Virus record (IMG/VR): IMGVR_UViG_3300035698_022389
Span: 1-64,000 of that record
Direction: 5' to 3' (one strand)
DNA: 64,000 bases
Source: a virus
Under the pieces are notes generated by a model. That model saw only the letters and a program-made list of their open reading frames with translations. It had not been told where the DNA came from and ran no database searches. The translations under genes were made by a program, and so were the position numbers. Positions 1 through 9,900 of this stretch are shown one piece after another; position 1 is the stretch's first letter, and every line of letters begins with the position of its first letter.

Positions 1-2
1 TT

Positions 3-323
3 GAGTTTGTTAGAGATGTTTGCATTCTTTTGGGTATTGGGGTTTTCAGTATTAGAGGTCACACTAGAATATCTAATATTACAGAACGTCCTTTCACTAT
101 GTATAAGCTGAAATTTTTACGAAGTACCCTTGATGAGGATTTCTTTGTTATTCCTCATCATAAGAAGGCTTTCCTGAAATTGGGAGGAAGTAATGTAAAA
201 CGTAATGCCATGAATTGGACTGTGATCTCGGTTGAACCGACAGCTCGTGTTGAGAAAGTTTTTTGTGCTACCGTGGATAAACATCGGGATTTTGTTTTGG
301 GTGGTAATCTGGCTACGGGAAAT
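3..323 (+). mobile_element. C-terminal part of an intein in terminase
   Basis: EFVRDVCILLGIGV resembles the end of an intein endonuclease domain. Block F/G KVFCATVDKHRDFVLGGNLATGN ends at Asn 321-323, followed by Cys(+1) at 324-326. Confidence 0.8.
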
Positions 324-1673
324 TGTGACTTCTTTGGTCCTTATACGGCCAATAACACGATGTCTTACGCTAGGTTCCAGACCCCCAAGGACATTGACAA
401 GTATGGCAGATATTCAGAAGACCCAACGGCCAGAGCTTCTCTGAGAGTTACGTTCAGGTCGTGTATTGCCAAAGGTCTTCGTGGTGCTGGTAACATTGTT
501 ATTATTATGGATGAAGCAGCTCACTTTACAGACGGTGGTCAGTCCTCGGCAGCCAGTGTGTACGATGCTGTTACTCCTTCGGCAGCCACATTCTCCCCAA
601 AAGATCAGAATGACAAGAAAATCCCTATAGGTGATGTTGAAGGCCGTGTAATTTCAATTAGTTCCCCACTTGGTAAACAGGGGCACTTTTACGAACTTTA
701 CCAGCTTGGGTACACTGGAACAACAGCAGCTACAAATATGCTGTGCATCCAGGCTCCAACCTGGGAAGTCAACCCAACTCTTCCTCTTTCCGAGTATGAG
801 AAATTCTATTATAAAGATCCCGTAGTGTTCTTTACAGAGTTTGGTGGCCACTTTACAGACCGTACTCGTGGTTGGTTAGAACGGGAAGAAGATTTGCTGG
901 CATGTGTGGATAACTCATTACGACCTTTAACTCAGGCACCGGCCAGACGCCCTCACTTCATCGGAATTGATGTTGGGTTAGTAAAAGATGGCTCGGCTGT
1001 AGCTATTGGTCATACGGAGCGTGTTAATGGCAGTGAAAAAATTGTGGTTGATTTAGTTGATCAGATAAAGGCAGGTGAAGGAAAATATAAAGATGTTAGT
1101 AGATTAGAATTTGATCAGGTGGCTGACTGGGTAGCAAAATTATCTAAGAAATTCTATATTGTGGATGGTATATTTGATCAATGGGCAGGGATTCCATTTG
1201 AACAGGCACTTATAAAACGAGGGTTACGTCAAATTAAAACTGTTCATATGACTAGACAGATTAACTCAGACATCTTTAAAAACTTTAAAGATGCCATGTG
1301 GGAGAAGTGGTTAATGTTGTATGATTGGCCTATTCCACAAGATCCCGGAGAAGGCATACATTGCCCCTACATTGCACAACTGTTGGAAATGCAAGCCCAG
1401 TATCTCTCTAAGTACATAACACTCGTCCAGGCTCCCCAGGTGGCTGGGAAACATGATGATATGGTAGATGCTTTAGTTAGAATGGTTTGGACGGCTAGTC
1501 ATAGCCTTGGTACATCTAAAATTATCTCAGGTGTTCGAAATCCAAATGCCATTGGTGGGGCAACAGGTCATAGGGCCTCTCGGCGCGCTCGGCTGAATGC
1601 TCGAAGGACAGGTTCCAGTCCCGATCGGCAACCTTCACGAGTTAATAGGGGTTGTGTAAGGGGTCGTAGATGA
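3..1673 (+). CDS. terL: Terminase large subunit, 5'-truncated by the window edge; begins inside an intein
   Basis: Frame is open from the window start. Walker B-like VIIMDEAAHF; RNase H-like nuclease motifs FIGIDVG, FDQW and KHDDMVDAL; lies upstream of the portal gene. Confidence 0.9.
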   Translation, partial: EFVRDVCILLGIGVFSIRGHTRISNITERPFTMYKLKFLRSTLDEDFFVIPHHKKAFLKLGGSNVKRNAMNWTVISVEPTARVEKVFCATVDKHRDFVLGGNLATGNCDFFGPYTANNTMSYARFQTPKDIDKYGRYSEDPTARASLRVTFRSCIAKGLRGAGNIVIIMDEAAHFTDGGQSSAASVYDAVTPSAATFSPKDQNDKKIPIGDVEGRVISISSPLGKQGHFYELYQLGYTGTTAATNMLCIQAPTWEVNPTLPLSEYEKFYYKDPVVFFTEFGGHFTDRTRGWLEREEDLLACVDNSLRPLTQAPARRPHFIGIDVGLVKDGSAVAIGHTERVNGSEKIVVDLVDQIKAGEGKYKDVSRLEFDQVADWVAKLSKKFYIVDGIFDQWAGIPFEQALIKRGLRQIKTVHMTRQINSDIFKNFKDAMWEKWLMLYDWPIPQDPGEGIHCPYIAQLLEMQAQYLSKYITLVQAPQVAGKHDDMVDALVRMVWTASHSLGTSKIISGVRNPNAIGGATGHRASRRARLNARRTGSSPDRQPSRVNRGCVRGRR

Positions 1674-1927
1674 CTACACTAGATCCTCAAAGTCCTGTTC
1701 GTGCTGATCATAGGTTTATAAAAAAACTGATGGCTTCGGTATTAGCTGGTAAAGTAAGCAATAGACCCGAGGAGTTTGACGCAATCTCTAAAAACTTCTC
1801 GGCTAAAGGGGGTTCATGGGTTCGGCTATTTAATGGTTCCCCTACGGATTTTAGTTTGTTAAAGAATATTATTAAAGGTGCTTTTGATAAAGATTTGTTG
1901 ACTAAGAGTCCAGAATGGAGTGCTTAA
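1670..1927 (+). CDS. Hypothetical protein (85 aa)
   Basis: ATGA overlap with the terL stop; abuts the next gene. Confidence 0.6.
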   Translation: MTTLDPQSPVRADHRFIKKLMASVLAGKVSNRPEEFDAISKNFSAKGGSWVRLFNGSPTDFSLLKNIIKGAFDKDLLTKSPEWSA

Positions 1928-2260
1928 ATGTCCAAGATGCGTGGCCGAAAGGCTCCTTCCCCCGAGGAACAGGAGCTAAATCAGCAGTTAGTGATTGCTG
2001 AGCAGGCATTGTTACGGGCAGCTACAGCCTGTCAGAGAATTGGTAAACAAGATCGGATTGTGGGCAGAAGAGCTTTACAGGCTTCTCGGAATATACACGC
2101 TGCAATTAATTCTATTGGAGAGATAGGGAATATGGTTCCAAATATTGATTCTTCAGACCCTGATATGATGTCCGAAAAGCAGCGGATTGCTTTATTTAGG
2201 GAGATACGGAACGCCCGATTGGAAAAACATAAAAAAACTCGTCTTAGGAGATCTGAATAA
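1928..2260 (+). CDS. Hypothetical protein (110 aa)
   Basis: Tightly packed ORF; its stop overlaps the portal start (TAATG). Confidence 0.65.
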   Translation: MSKMRGRKAPSPEEQELNQQLVIAEQALLRAATACQRIGKQDRIVGRRALQASRNIHAAINSIGEIGNMVPNIDSSDPDMMSEKQRIALFREIRNARLEKHKKTRLRRSE

Positions 2261-5200
2261 TGGCAAGAAGAAAAAAACAACAACAAGATGCTGTTGAGGT
2301 TCGAAAAGTCCCTAATAAAAAAAAGGGAGCTCAAGCAGGTAAACCTGATAAGATTATGACTGGTGCTATGAGGATGAAAACAGCTTTTTCAATGGCTTCG
2401 GGGACGACCGTGGGAGCAGGGGGTAACTTTTACTCTCCTGAATTATCCACAGATTTCCTTGAACTGCCCCAGAGTATTGATGAGCAGCGGAATTTTTATC
2501 GTCATTTCTATAAGCATGAGCCATTTGTAGGCCAAGCTATTGATCTTCATACAGAACTCCCGCTTTCAAAGCTTCGGGTGAGTCTGCCTATAACTAAAGA
2601 TCGTCAAATGGCCGAGAAGGCTTTGAGATTTTGTGAACAATGGTCAAAGAAAGTTCGGCTTCTCCATCGACTCCTGGAAATTACACATGAATATCATCTT
2701 CTCGGTGAGGTGTTTATTTTCTGTGAGGACATTAACCCTAATATTCCTAGAGAAATTAGGGAAGAACCTGTTCGTGAGATTACGTCTGAGGGTAAATTAC
2801 TGGAGTCTTGGGTTCCTTATGATGATGCAAATGCTCGTGAAGTAGCTTGGTTGAAGAACAATTACAAAGGGTGGACTGCTATTAAGACTCTCCCACCAGA
2901 GCAGATTCAGATGGAATCCTTCCCGTTTACGGATGAGCATCTGTTTGAGTTGGTTCCTGATTCTAAATCCAAAGATGTTGTGAATAAAGCTCAACAGGGT
3001 GATATTAGAGCCGCTGGGATTGTTGATTCGATGTCCGCAGATATTGTGGGTGCTATCCTTGCAGGTGAGAACCTCCCTTTGAATACGGATCCTGATGCAG
3101 GGTCCTTCGTTTATTATCTGGCCAGAAAACGTAGTCAATATGAAGAACGTGGAAGTTCTATTCTTCAACGTTGCCTACTCCCAGGCACTCCTATATGGAT
3201 TAAACGGGATGGTATTGTTCAACAAGTTTCCGTCGAAAATGTAAATGAAAACACTGATACAATGCTGACACATAAAGGTCGTTTCAAACCCTGTAAAGCA
3301 GGATCACGTCCCGTAAATGAGGTTATAACAGTATTGGATATTGCGGGTATTACTGAAAATCTTAGTTTAACTTCTGATCATGAAGTTTTGAGGGTTAATG
3401 GGGATGGGACAGAAGACTGGGTTGAAGCAGGTAAATTACAACCTGGAGATATGGTTAGAGAAGGTCATATTGTTCCTGATGGTGATCCTATAAAGACTAT
3501 TAACTTGGTAGACTGGTGGCAGAACCATTTCTTAAGTTCAGTTAAACGGGGTAGACCTGATATGGGTTTGCCTGAAACATGTCGGGAGTTGGTTGTCCAT
3601 AAAGCTTATTCCAATGAGGAAGGGCTTACTGTAACGTTTCATCATGACAACGATAACAAAAACAGGGTTAAAGCCACCTCTGTACTGGAGAAGATACTTA
3701 CATGGGCTAAGAGCCTAGTTACACCTATTACGATGCCTCAAGCTGCCGTAGCGGTTGCTGCAGGGGTGTCTGAACGGGATGTACGTGTATATACCCCCCG
3801 TCTTCGGAAAGAAGGTATGCTGAGGGTTGAAACTAAATCTCTAGGTAGGGGGAAAGGACAATCCTCAACGTGGTATCCAGCAGATACTGATAAGCTACCT
3901 CCTGTTATAACAGAAATGGTTTCCCCCATTAGTGAAATTATTATTAATGAAGATTTCTGTTATTTACTGGGTACTTGGATGGGTGACGGTTGTGTGTGGA
4001 CTGAAACAGAGAGCTTGTTGAATGTTCATAGCATAGGATGGTCTTTACATGATAAAGATATAGCAGCCCATGTAAATAATCTGGCTGGTCGTTGTTTTAA
4101 AGGGTCTGATATAAAAAAAGGGTGTTTGGTTAGTAAAGTTGCAAAATCTAATGACATCCGTATTGAGGACCCTCTCTTAGCTCGCTGGTTCAAAGAAGAA
4201 TTTGGGCATACTGCCCAAGGAAAACATTTGCCAGAATGGGTTTTCCACCTGTCTGACAAACATATTATGGCTCTTTTGCAAGGTCTTTTGGATACTGATG
4301 GTTGGTTAGGTGTAGGTAAGGCATATCGAATTGAATTTGCTTTGGATAATAAGGTTTTGATAGATCAAATTCATCTGCTTTGTAACAGGGTTGGGATAAA
4401 ATCTAAGGTTGGTATTGATCATAAGAAAGCACGGTCATGGACACGTACTTGGGATACCAAGGATGGCACTCGTACAAAGACATATCATTATGAAGCTAAA
4501 GATTTTCCTAAATTATCATGTTCTCGGTCCGAAGATGTAAGACGTTGGGCAAAAGGAAGTATAAAAGGTTCTCGTGCAATTTGGGATAACAGGGGTGTTG
4601 ATAAACGTGGTGGCCCAAAAACCATAAATGGTTGGATGGTACATAAGATAAAATCTGTTTCACATGTTCTTTATAAAGGTCCTGTTTATTCGTTCAATGT
4701 GGAGGGAGATACTTCACACTTTACTTTAACTATCACCCATAACTGTATGAGAACACTAGTTTTTAGAGATAAAGTTAGACAGTCGATGACTAGCATAGCT
4801 TCTCGTCATATGACTCCTTATAGGCTCGTATGGGCTGAGGATATGAATGATGATCAGACAGAAGAATTGCGTGAGCAGGTAGACTTGGCTCTTCAAGATC
4901 CTGATTACTCTATCATTACTTCTTTCCAGGTCAATTGGGAGGAAATGGGAGCAGATCAGCGACTACCTGATTGGAGTTGGGTTTGGGATTTCACTGACCG
5001 TCAGCTATATGCTGGGTTGGGTGTAACCGAGGGTTTGTTGTCTGGTGAGAGTTCTTATGCTGGTGATAGATTGCATTTGGAAGTCATTAATACAAGATAT
5101 ATGTTGCTTCGAGAATTGCTTCAAGATTTGGTGGAAGAGTATTTCTTCAAGCCTATGTGCCGTCGGATGGGTTTTGTTGAAGAAGATCAGGATGGAAACT

Positions 5201-5532
5201 TGGAAGTAGTTGTTCCTCGGTTGTCATTCACTCGATTGGCACTTCGAGATAATGCTGATACGTTTGATGCTTTGTTCAATTTGTATCAGAAGGGTTCTTT
5301 GGACATTGATACTATCCTCGACCTTCTGAATATCGATCCCGTCACCACAAAAGAGAAACTCCTTCGTGATTTTGGAACTCTCAATGATGCTACCTTTAAT
5401 GAAGTGCTTCGAGGTGCTTATAGCCGTGTAGGTGAGGGATTAGTGGAGGGTTCCAACTTGACTGAGAAAGTTGCTTCTGGTCTAGGATTACAGTATACGA
5501 AACCCGTGGAAGAAGGTAGCGGTCGTTTCTAA
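2260..5532 (+). CDS. Portal protein with a cis-splicing intein
   Basis: Follows terminase. Portal-like segments PFVGQAIDLHTELP, 'LREQVDLALQDPD' and 'QLYAGLGVTEGLLSGE'. Removing the intein leaves about 566 aa. Confidence 0.82.
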   Translation: MARRKKQQQDAVEVRKVPNKKKGAQAGKPDKIMTGAMRMKTAFSMASGTTVGAGGNFYSPELSTDFLELPQSIDEQRNFYRHFYKHEPFVGQAIDLHTELPLSKLRVSLPITKDRQMAEKALRFCEQWSKKVRLLHRLLEITHEYHLLGEVFIFCEDINPNIPREIREEPVREITSEGKLLESWVPYDDANAREVAWLKNNYKGWTAIKTLPPEQIQMESFPFTDEHLFELVPDSKSKDVVNKAQQGDIRAAGIVDSMSADIVGAILAGENLPLNTDPDAGSFVYYLARKRSQYEERGSSILQRCLLPGTPIWIKRDGIVQQVSVENVNENTDTMLTHKGRFKPCKAGSRPVNEVITVLDIAGITENLSLTSDHEVLRVNGDGTEDWVEAGKLQPGDMVREGHIVPDGDPIKTINLVDWWQNHFLSSVKRGRPDMGLPETCRELVVHKAYSNEEGLTVTFHHDNDNKNRVKATSVLEKILTWAKSLVTPITMPQAAVAVAAGVSERDVRVYTPRLRKEGMLRVETKSLGRGKGQSSTWYPADTDKLPPVITEMVSPISEIIINEDFCYLLGTWMGDGCVWTETESLLNVHSIGWSLHDKDIAAHVNNLAGRCFKGSDIKKGCLVSKVAKSNDIRIEDPLLARWFKEEFGHTAQGKHLPEWVFHLSDKHIMALLQGLLDTDGWLGVGKAYRIEFALDNKVLIDQIHLLCNRVGIKSKVGIDHKKARSWTRTWDTKDGTRTKTYHYEAKDFPKLSCSRSEDVRRWAKGSIKGSRAIWDNRGVDKRGGPKTINGWMVHKIKSVSHVLYKGPVYSFNVEGDTSHFTLTITHNCMRTLVFRDKVRQSMTSIASRHMTPYRLVWAEDMNDDQTEELREQVDLALQDPDYSIITSFQVNWEEMGADQRLPDWSWVWDFTDRQLYAGLGVTEGLLSGESSYAGDRLHLEVINTRYMLLRELLQDLVEEYFFKPMCRRMGFVEEDQDGNLEVVVPRLSFTRLALRDNADTFDALFNLYQKGSLDIDTILDLLNIDPVTTKEKLLRDFGTLNDATFNEVLRGAYSRVGEGLVEGSNLTEKVASGLGLQYTKPVEEGSGRF
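3172..4743 (+). mobile_element. Portal intein (524 aa) with LAGLIDADG homing endonuclease
   Basis: Starts CLLPGT, has block B LTSDHEVL, LAGLIDADG helices YLLGTWMGDGC and LLQGLLDTDGW, block F VYSFNVEG, and ends THN followed by Cys(+1) at 4744. Confidence 0.93.
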
Positions 5533-5570
5533 CCCTATAAGACCCTTATATCAGGTACTGGGTTTTCCAG

Positions 5571-6998
5571 ATGGAAGGGTTTGTGATGAATACACATCAG
5601 CAAAAACAGGCAAAGCAACTTGCATTCCGATGGATTCGGAAGACGGCAAGTGGGTGGGAAAAACGAGTATCCCACCTTACTGACAGGTATTTTTTGTTGA
5701 AGACGGGCAAGGAATTCCCTACGGGTGAGGCTTTGCAGAAGTACCTTGAGGAACATCCGAAAGCTGATAAACGCCGTCATTGGGTCACAGATGAAAAGGA
5801 AAACAAAAAAGTTGAAGAGGGTAGTAAATCTAACCCTGAGATCGGATACGTCCGGAAATGGGGGAAAGCCCGCGCTTCAAAATTAGAGTCCATGAGAACA
5901 GGTTCTTTTACCCCCACTCCAATTTCAGGAACTTTGGGAGCTAAATCAGTTAAAGGCATCCAAAAAAATGCAAAAAAACTTCTCCGAACCTATTCAGCTC
6001 ATCTTCCTGGTGATGATGTGGATAATATGCGGGATTTCATTGACGATCTAGGGGACACCCTGGATTCGGCCCTTTCCTCTGGGGATTTCAAAGGGGTTAA
6101 GGCATCTGCCATGGACAAGATTATGCATGATGCCATTGAGGATCTTGTGTTTCAAACACATGAATCCTACAAACGTCAGCTCGGTGATCATGGTATTCGA
6201 CATATCGTTGGGAACATTAAGACTCAAAATCAGGTTTATGATGCTTTGGATAAGGCAGGTAAGAAAATTTCTGCTGCCGATAGGCTCAAAGCCATGTTGA
6301 TAATGGTTAACCATGACCTTGGATACACAGCTGCCCCTGCTGCAACAGATCTTAAATATACAGGTAAACACAAGGAATATGGGTCAAAGATTTTCAAGAG
6401 TGAGCGGGGGGATAACTATCAAGATTTGTTTGGTGATGGTTTAGATGAGTTTGTCCATCTGATTGAGACCCATGATTCTGATGAGATTGATTGGGATAAA
6501 GATCCCGTTGGTAGTGGCATTCGAGTTGCCGATAATCTTAGCCTCTATGCTAAAGATAAACTTCCTGGGCTATTCCGTCTGGTTCCAGATGGCCTTGATG
6601 TATTAGAAGAATTGGGGAGAGCTGCCACGGCAAAACCCCCTGATGATGATGAAGTGGAGAGAATCAAAAAGTCTTTAAAAGAAAAGGTTCAAAATACAGG
6701 GCTTTCTAGTGCTTTAAAAGATGCACTTCTGAATGCTGCCCAAGAAGTCAGTAGGTTCACTCCTAGATTTACGTTAGGTATGCTCGGTGGCCATGTGGGT
6801 TCAATAAATTTTAAGGATGGTTCCTTGGTGGTGAAGGTGAAGAAGGATGCCTATGACACCCAGCTCCAGAAATTATTTGACATGGGGCAGTCCCAGTTTA
6901 ATAAATTAGCTAAGTCTTATGGGGTTGATAAAGTTACGGATAATAAGTTTGAGTTGTCTAAGAACGGCAAGTCTGTCCTGAAACTTAGTATTGGATAA
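5571..6998 (+). CDS. HD-domain metal-dependent phosphohydrolase-like protein (ATG at 5586 is a possible start)
   Basis: HD-superfamily spacing: DHGIRH, VNHDLGY, ETHD, VADNL. Confidence 0.7.
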   Translation: MEGFVMNTHQQKQAKQLAFRWIRKTASGWEKRVSHLTDRYFLLKTGKEFPTGEALQKYLEEHPKADKRRHWVTDEKENKKVEEGSKSNPEIGYVRKWGKARASKLESMRTGSFTPTPISGTLGAKSVKGIQKNAKKLLRTYSAHLPGDDVDNMRDFIDDLGDTLDSALSSGDFKGVKASAMDKIMHDAIEDLVFQTHESYKRQLGDHGIRHIVGNIKTQNQVYDALDKAGKKISAADRLKAMLIMVNHDLGYTAAPAATDLKYTGKHKEYGSKIFKSERGDNYQDLFGDGLDEFVHLIETHDSDEIDWDKDPVGSGIRVADNLSLYAKDKLPGLFRLVPDGLDVLEELGRAATAKPPDDDEVERIKKSLKEKVQNTGLSSALKDALLNAAQEVSRFTPRFTLGMLGGHVGSINFKDGSLVVKVKKDAYDTQLQKLFDMGQSQFNKLAKSYGVDKVTDNKFELSKNGKSVLKLSIG

Positions 6999-9900
6999 AT
7001 TAATGAAACCTGAAAAATACTTCGGTGCTGCATATGGCAAAAAAACAGGAGATGGGACGGGAGTAGGTCTTTTTATCCCCCTCCCCGAACCTTTGGCTTC
7101 TCAATTCCCTAGTTTGGGGGATGCGGATACGAGTCCTTCCCATTGTACATTTCTGTATATTGGAGCTGTCAATAAAGACCAAGAAAAATTGTTCCTGGAT
7201 ACTTTGACTCAGGTGTTCACCGGTTGGGATAAGTCGGTGATGGGTGTTCTGGATTACCTTGATTATTTCATCCACCCTGAAAAAGAACGCCATGTTGCAG
7301 TAATGAAAATCCGTTTCAACCAACGGATGGATGAAATTCGTTGGAAACTTCGAGATGCCCTGATTGAAGTTGGTATCCATGTAGATGATGGTTTTCCTTT
7401 GGTTTATCAGCCTCATGCAACACTTGAATACATTGGCTGCCTTGACACTCCTTATGTGGGCACAGTTCCTTCAGGGAGTTGGACTTTCAATAGCATTGAG
7501 GTTTGGGGACTTCCAAAGCTCCATGTGATTCCATTCCAGCAAACACCTACAGACAGAATGGCTTCAAAATACATAGCGTCATTAAAACACCAGACATCTA
7601 TCGAATTGATGAAGTTCTTGGCAAATGCTGTGAACAAACTTGGTGCAGGGAGGCATGTCTATGTAGTTGGGGGAGCCGTCAGGAATTTCATTATATCAGA
7701 GCCTATAAAAGATATAGATATCGTTGTGGATTCCATTGGGGCAGGGAAAGATTCAGCTTGGTTGGCCAAGAAACTTCAGAAAGCCATTCCCACCCGAACC
7801 AACTTGGTGACAAATCAGTATGGTGTTGCCATAATAACAATCAAAGATGACTGGTTCATCGGGGATTCCAATTTGAAGGGTGAAACTATCGAGATAGCTA
7901 ATGCCCGTAAAGAGTCTTACGGGGGGGTAGATGGCAAAGGGTACAAACCTCACATGGTGGAACCCTCGACTATTCAGGAAGATGTAGTTAGAAGAGAGTT
8001 TACTTTTAACACATTATTGTGGCAGATGTCTGAATTAGCCAACGGTCCTGAGAAGGCTGAGATTCTAGATATGACGGGATGTGGCAGGAAAGATTTGGAT
8101 GAAGGGATGATGCGTTGTCCCAGTAATCCAAATAAGACGTTCACAGAGGATCCATCACGAATGATTCGTGCCATAAAATTCCTTATTAAGTATGGGTTCA
8201 AGATAGCTCCTGATGTGAAAGCTGCTATCAAACGGAATGCTCCGAAGTTGAAGAATATTCCATCTGGGCATTTGAGTAACATGATTGTCAATTTGTTTTT
8301 TGAGCCTGGATATGGTTCTAAGGCTTTAGTTGAGATGAAAAAATTAGGACTTTTGGATGTAGTTCAGGAGATTGCGGTTAAAGATAAGTCATTTAGGGAA
8401 GCTCTGGCAAATTGGTCTGATCGAAGTGCCAAGATAGATTTCCTGTTTGAACTGATGGACTATAATATGCCTACAGGACGTAGGTTGAAGTTCCTTAGTA
8501 AAGCTGATTTAGTGAAGCTCAGGGATATTACAGCTCCAATGTCTTCCGATGAAACCGAGAGACTCATTGCTCCGTTGGAGCAGCCTGGTAAACTTGTGAA
8601 TATGAAAGCTCTGATTTCAGAGTTTGGGTTGAAGGGTCAGGAAATCAGGCAATTGACGGATGTTATCCGTCAGGCCATCTTAAAAGATCCTCGGATGGTT
8701 ATGACCCCAGCTCGTCTGGAGAGGGAAACCCGTAAACATATGGGGAAGACAGCTAAGGTTTATACAGAGGCCGATCTGTTTCCAGCTCTACGAAAGTTTG
8801 AGGATGCCGTTGAACAACTGGATAAATATTATGCCATAATCCATGTCTATGTGGAATCTTTAGGTGATAAGGGTGGTGAAAAACAGTTGCAATTGGCTTT
8901 TGAGAGGGGTGTCCGACGGTATTGGGAATATGTTATTAATGCAGGTGCCGAATTGTCTCGGATAGTTCTTGACCAGAAAGCTATCCCTGCGGGGCAGGCT
9001 AAGAAAATTGAGATGGCAGCCCGATTGTTTATGTCTGCCCTGCGTTTCCCAAAGAAGTTTGACAATTGGATGAAAAAGAATACTAGGCATATCAAGTACC
9101 TAGAAGAAGCTGCTAAGAAATGGAAAGACAAAGAAGAAGGCGATGAGCTGTTTAAGATTGGACCTTTTGATGTTCATAATACTATAGGGGCATCTGATAA
9201 GGATCTTGAAGGAATCAAAACACTGGTTTCAAAAGGAATCTCTTTGGTCAAGAAAGCTAGTGGTGCTCTCACAGGTTACAAGAAGACTTTGTATGGTGAT
9301 GTTTTCGTCGTTGGTAAACTTCTGAAATCCCATACGATGGCTTGGTATGAGATAGGGGATGATTCTGTTTATATGAGGCTTATGAAAAAGGTTGATTATG
9401 ATGATCTTCAGTCCTTGCTTCATGAGTTAGCTCATCGGTATTGGAGAAAATTCTTATCCCATGGTGTAAAAACCCGCTGGCATGTTCATCACAATGCTGT
9501 TGGAGGATCAATGGCAGGTAAAGTTGATATGCCTGAAGTTGGGGACATTCTCCCATTTTCTGTCAATAAAACAAAAAAACCAAAAGTACTGGGGATTGAA
9601 TCTGGTGTTTATATTTTAGAAGCCCGTTCCGGTAATCCTTTAGCTGTGCAAAAGATGACTTTATACAAATGGATGCAGCAGGAACAGAAAACTGGAAAAT
9701 ATCCGACTAGATATGCAGCCACGGATGCAGAAGAACATTTCTGTGAAGCTATGGCTCTTTACGCTTTGGGGAAATTAGGTCCTGAGCATGTTAAGGCTTT
9801 AGAAGAATCTTTAACAGGGAAAGAGGATGAGCTTTCGTTCATTCAGAAAGATGTTGCTGCAATGACAGATCAAGCTATTGAGCGGGTAGCCAAAGGATTC

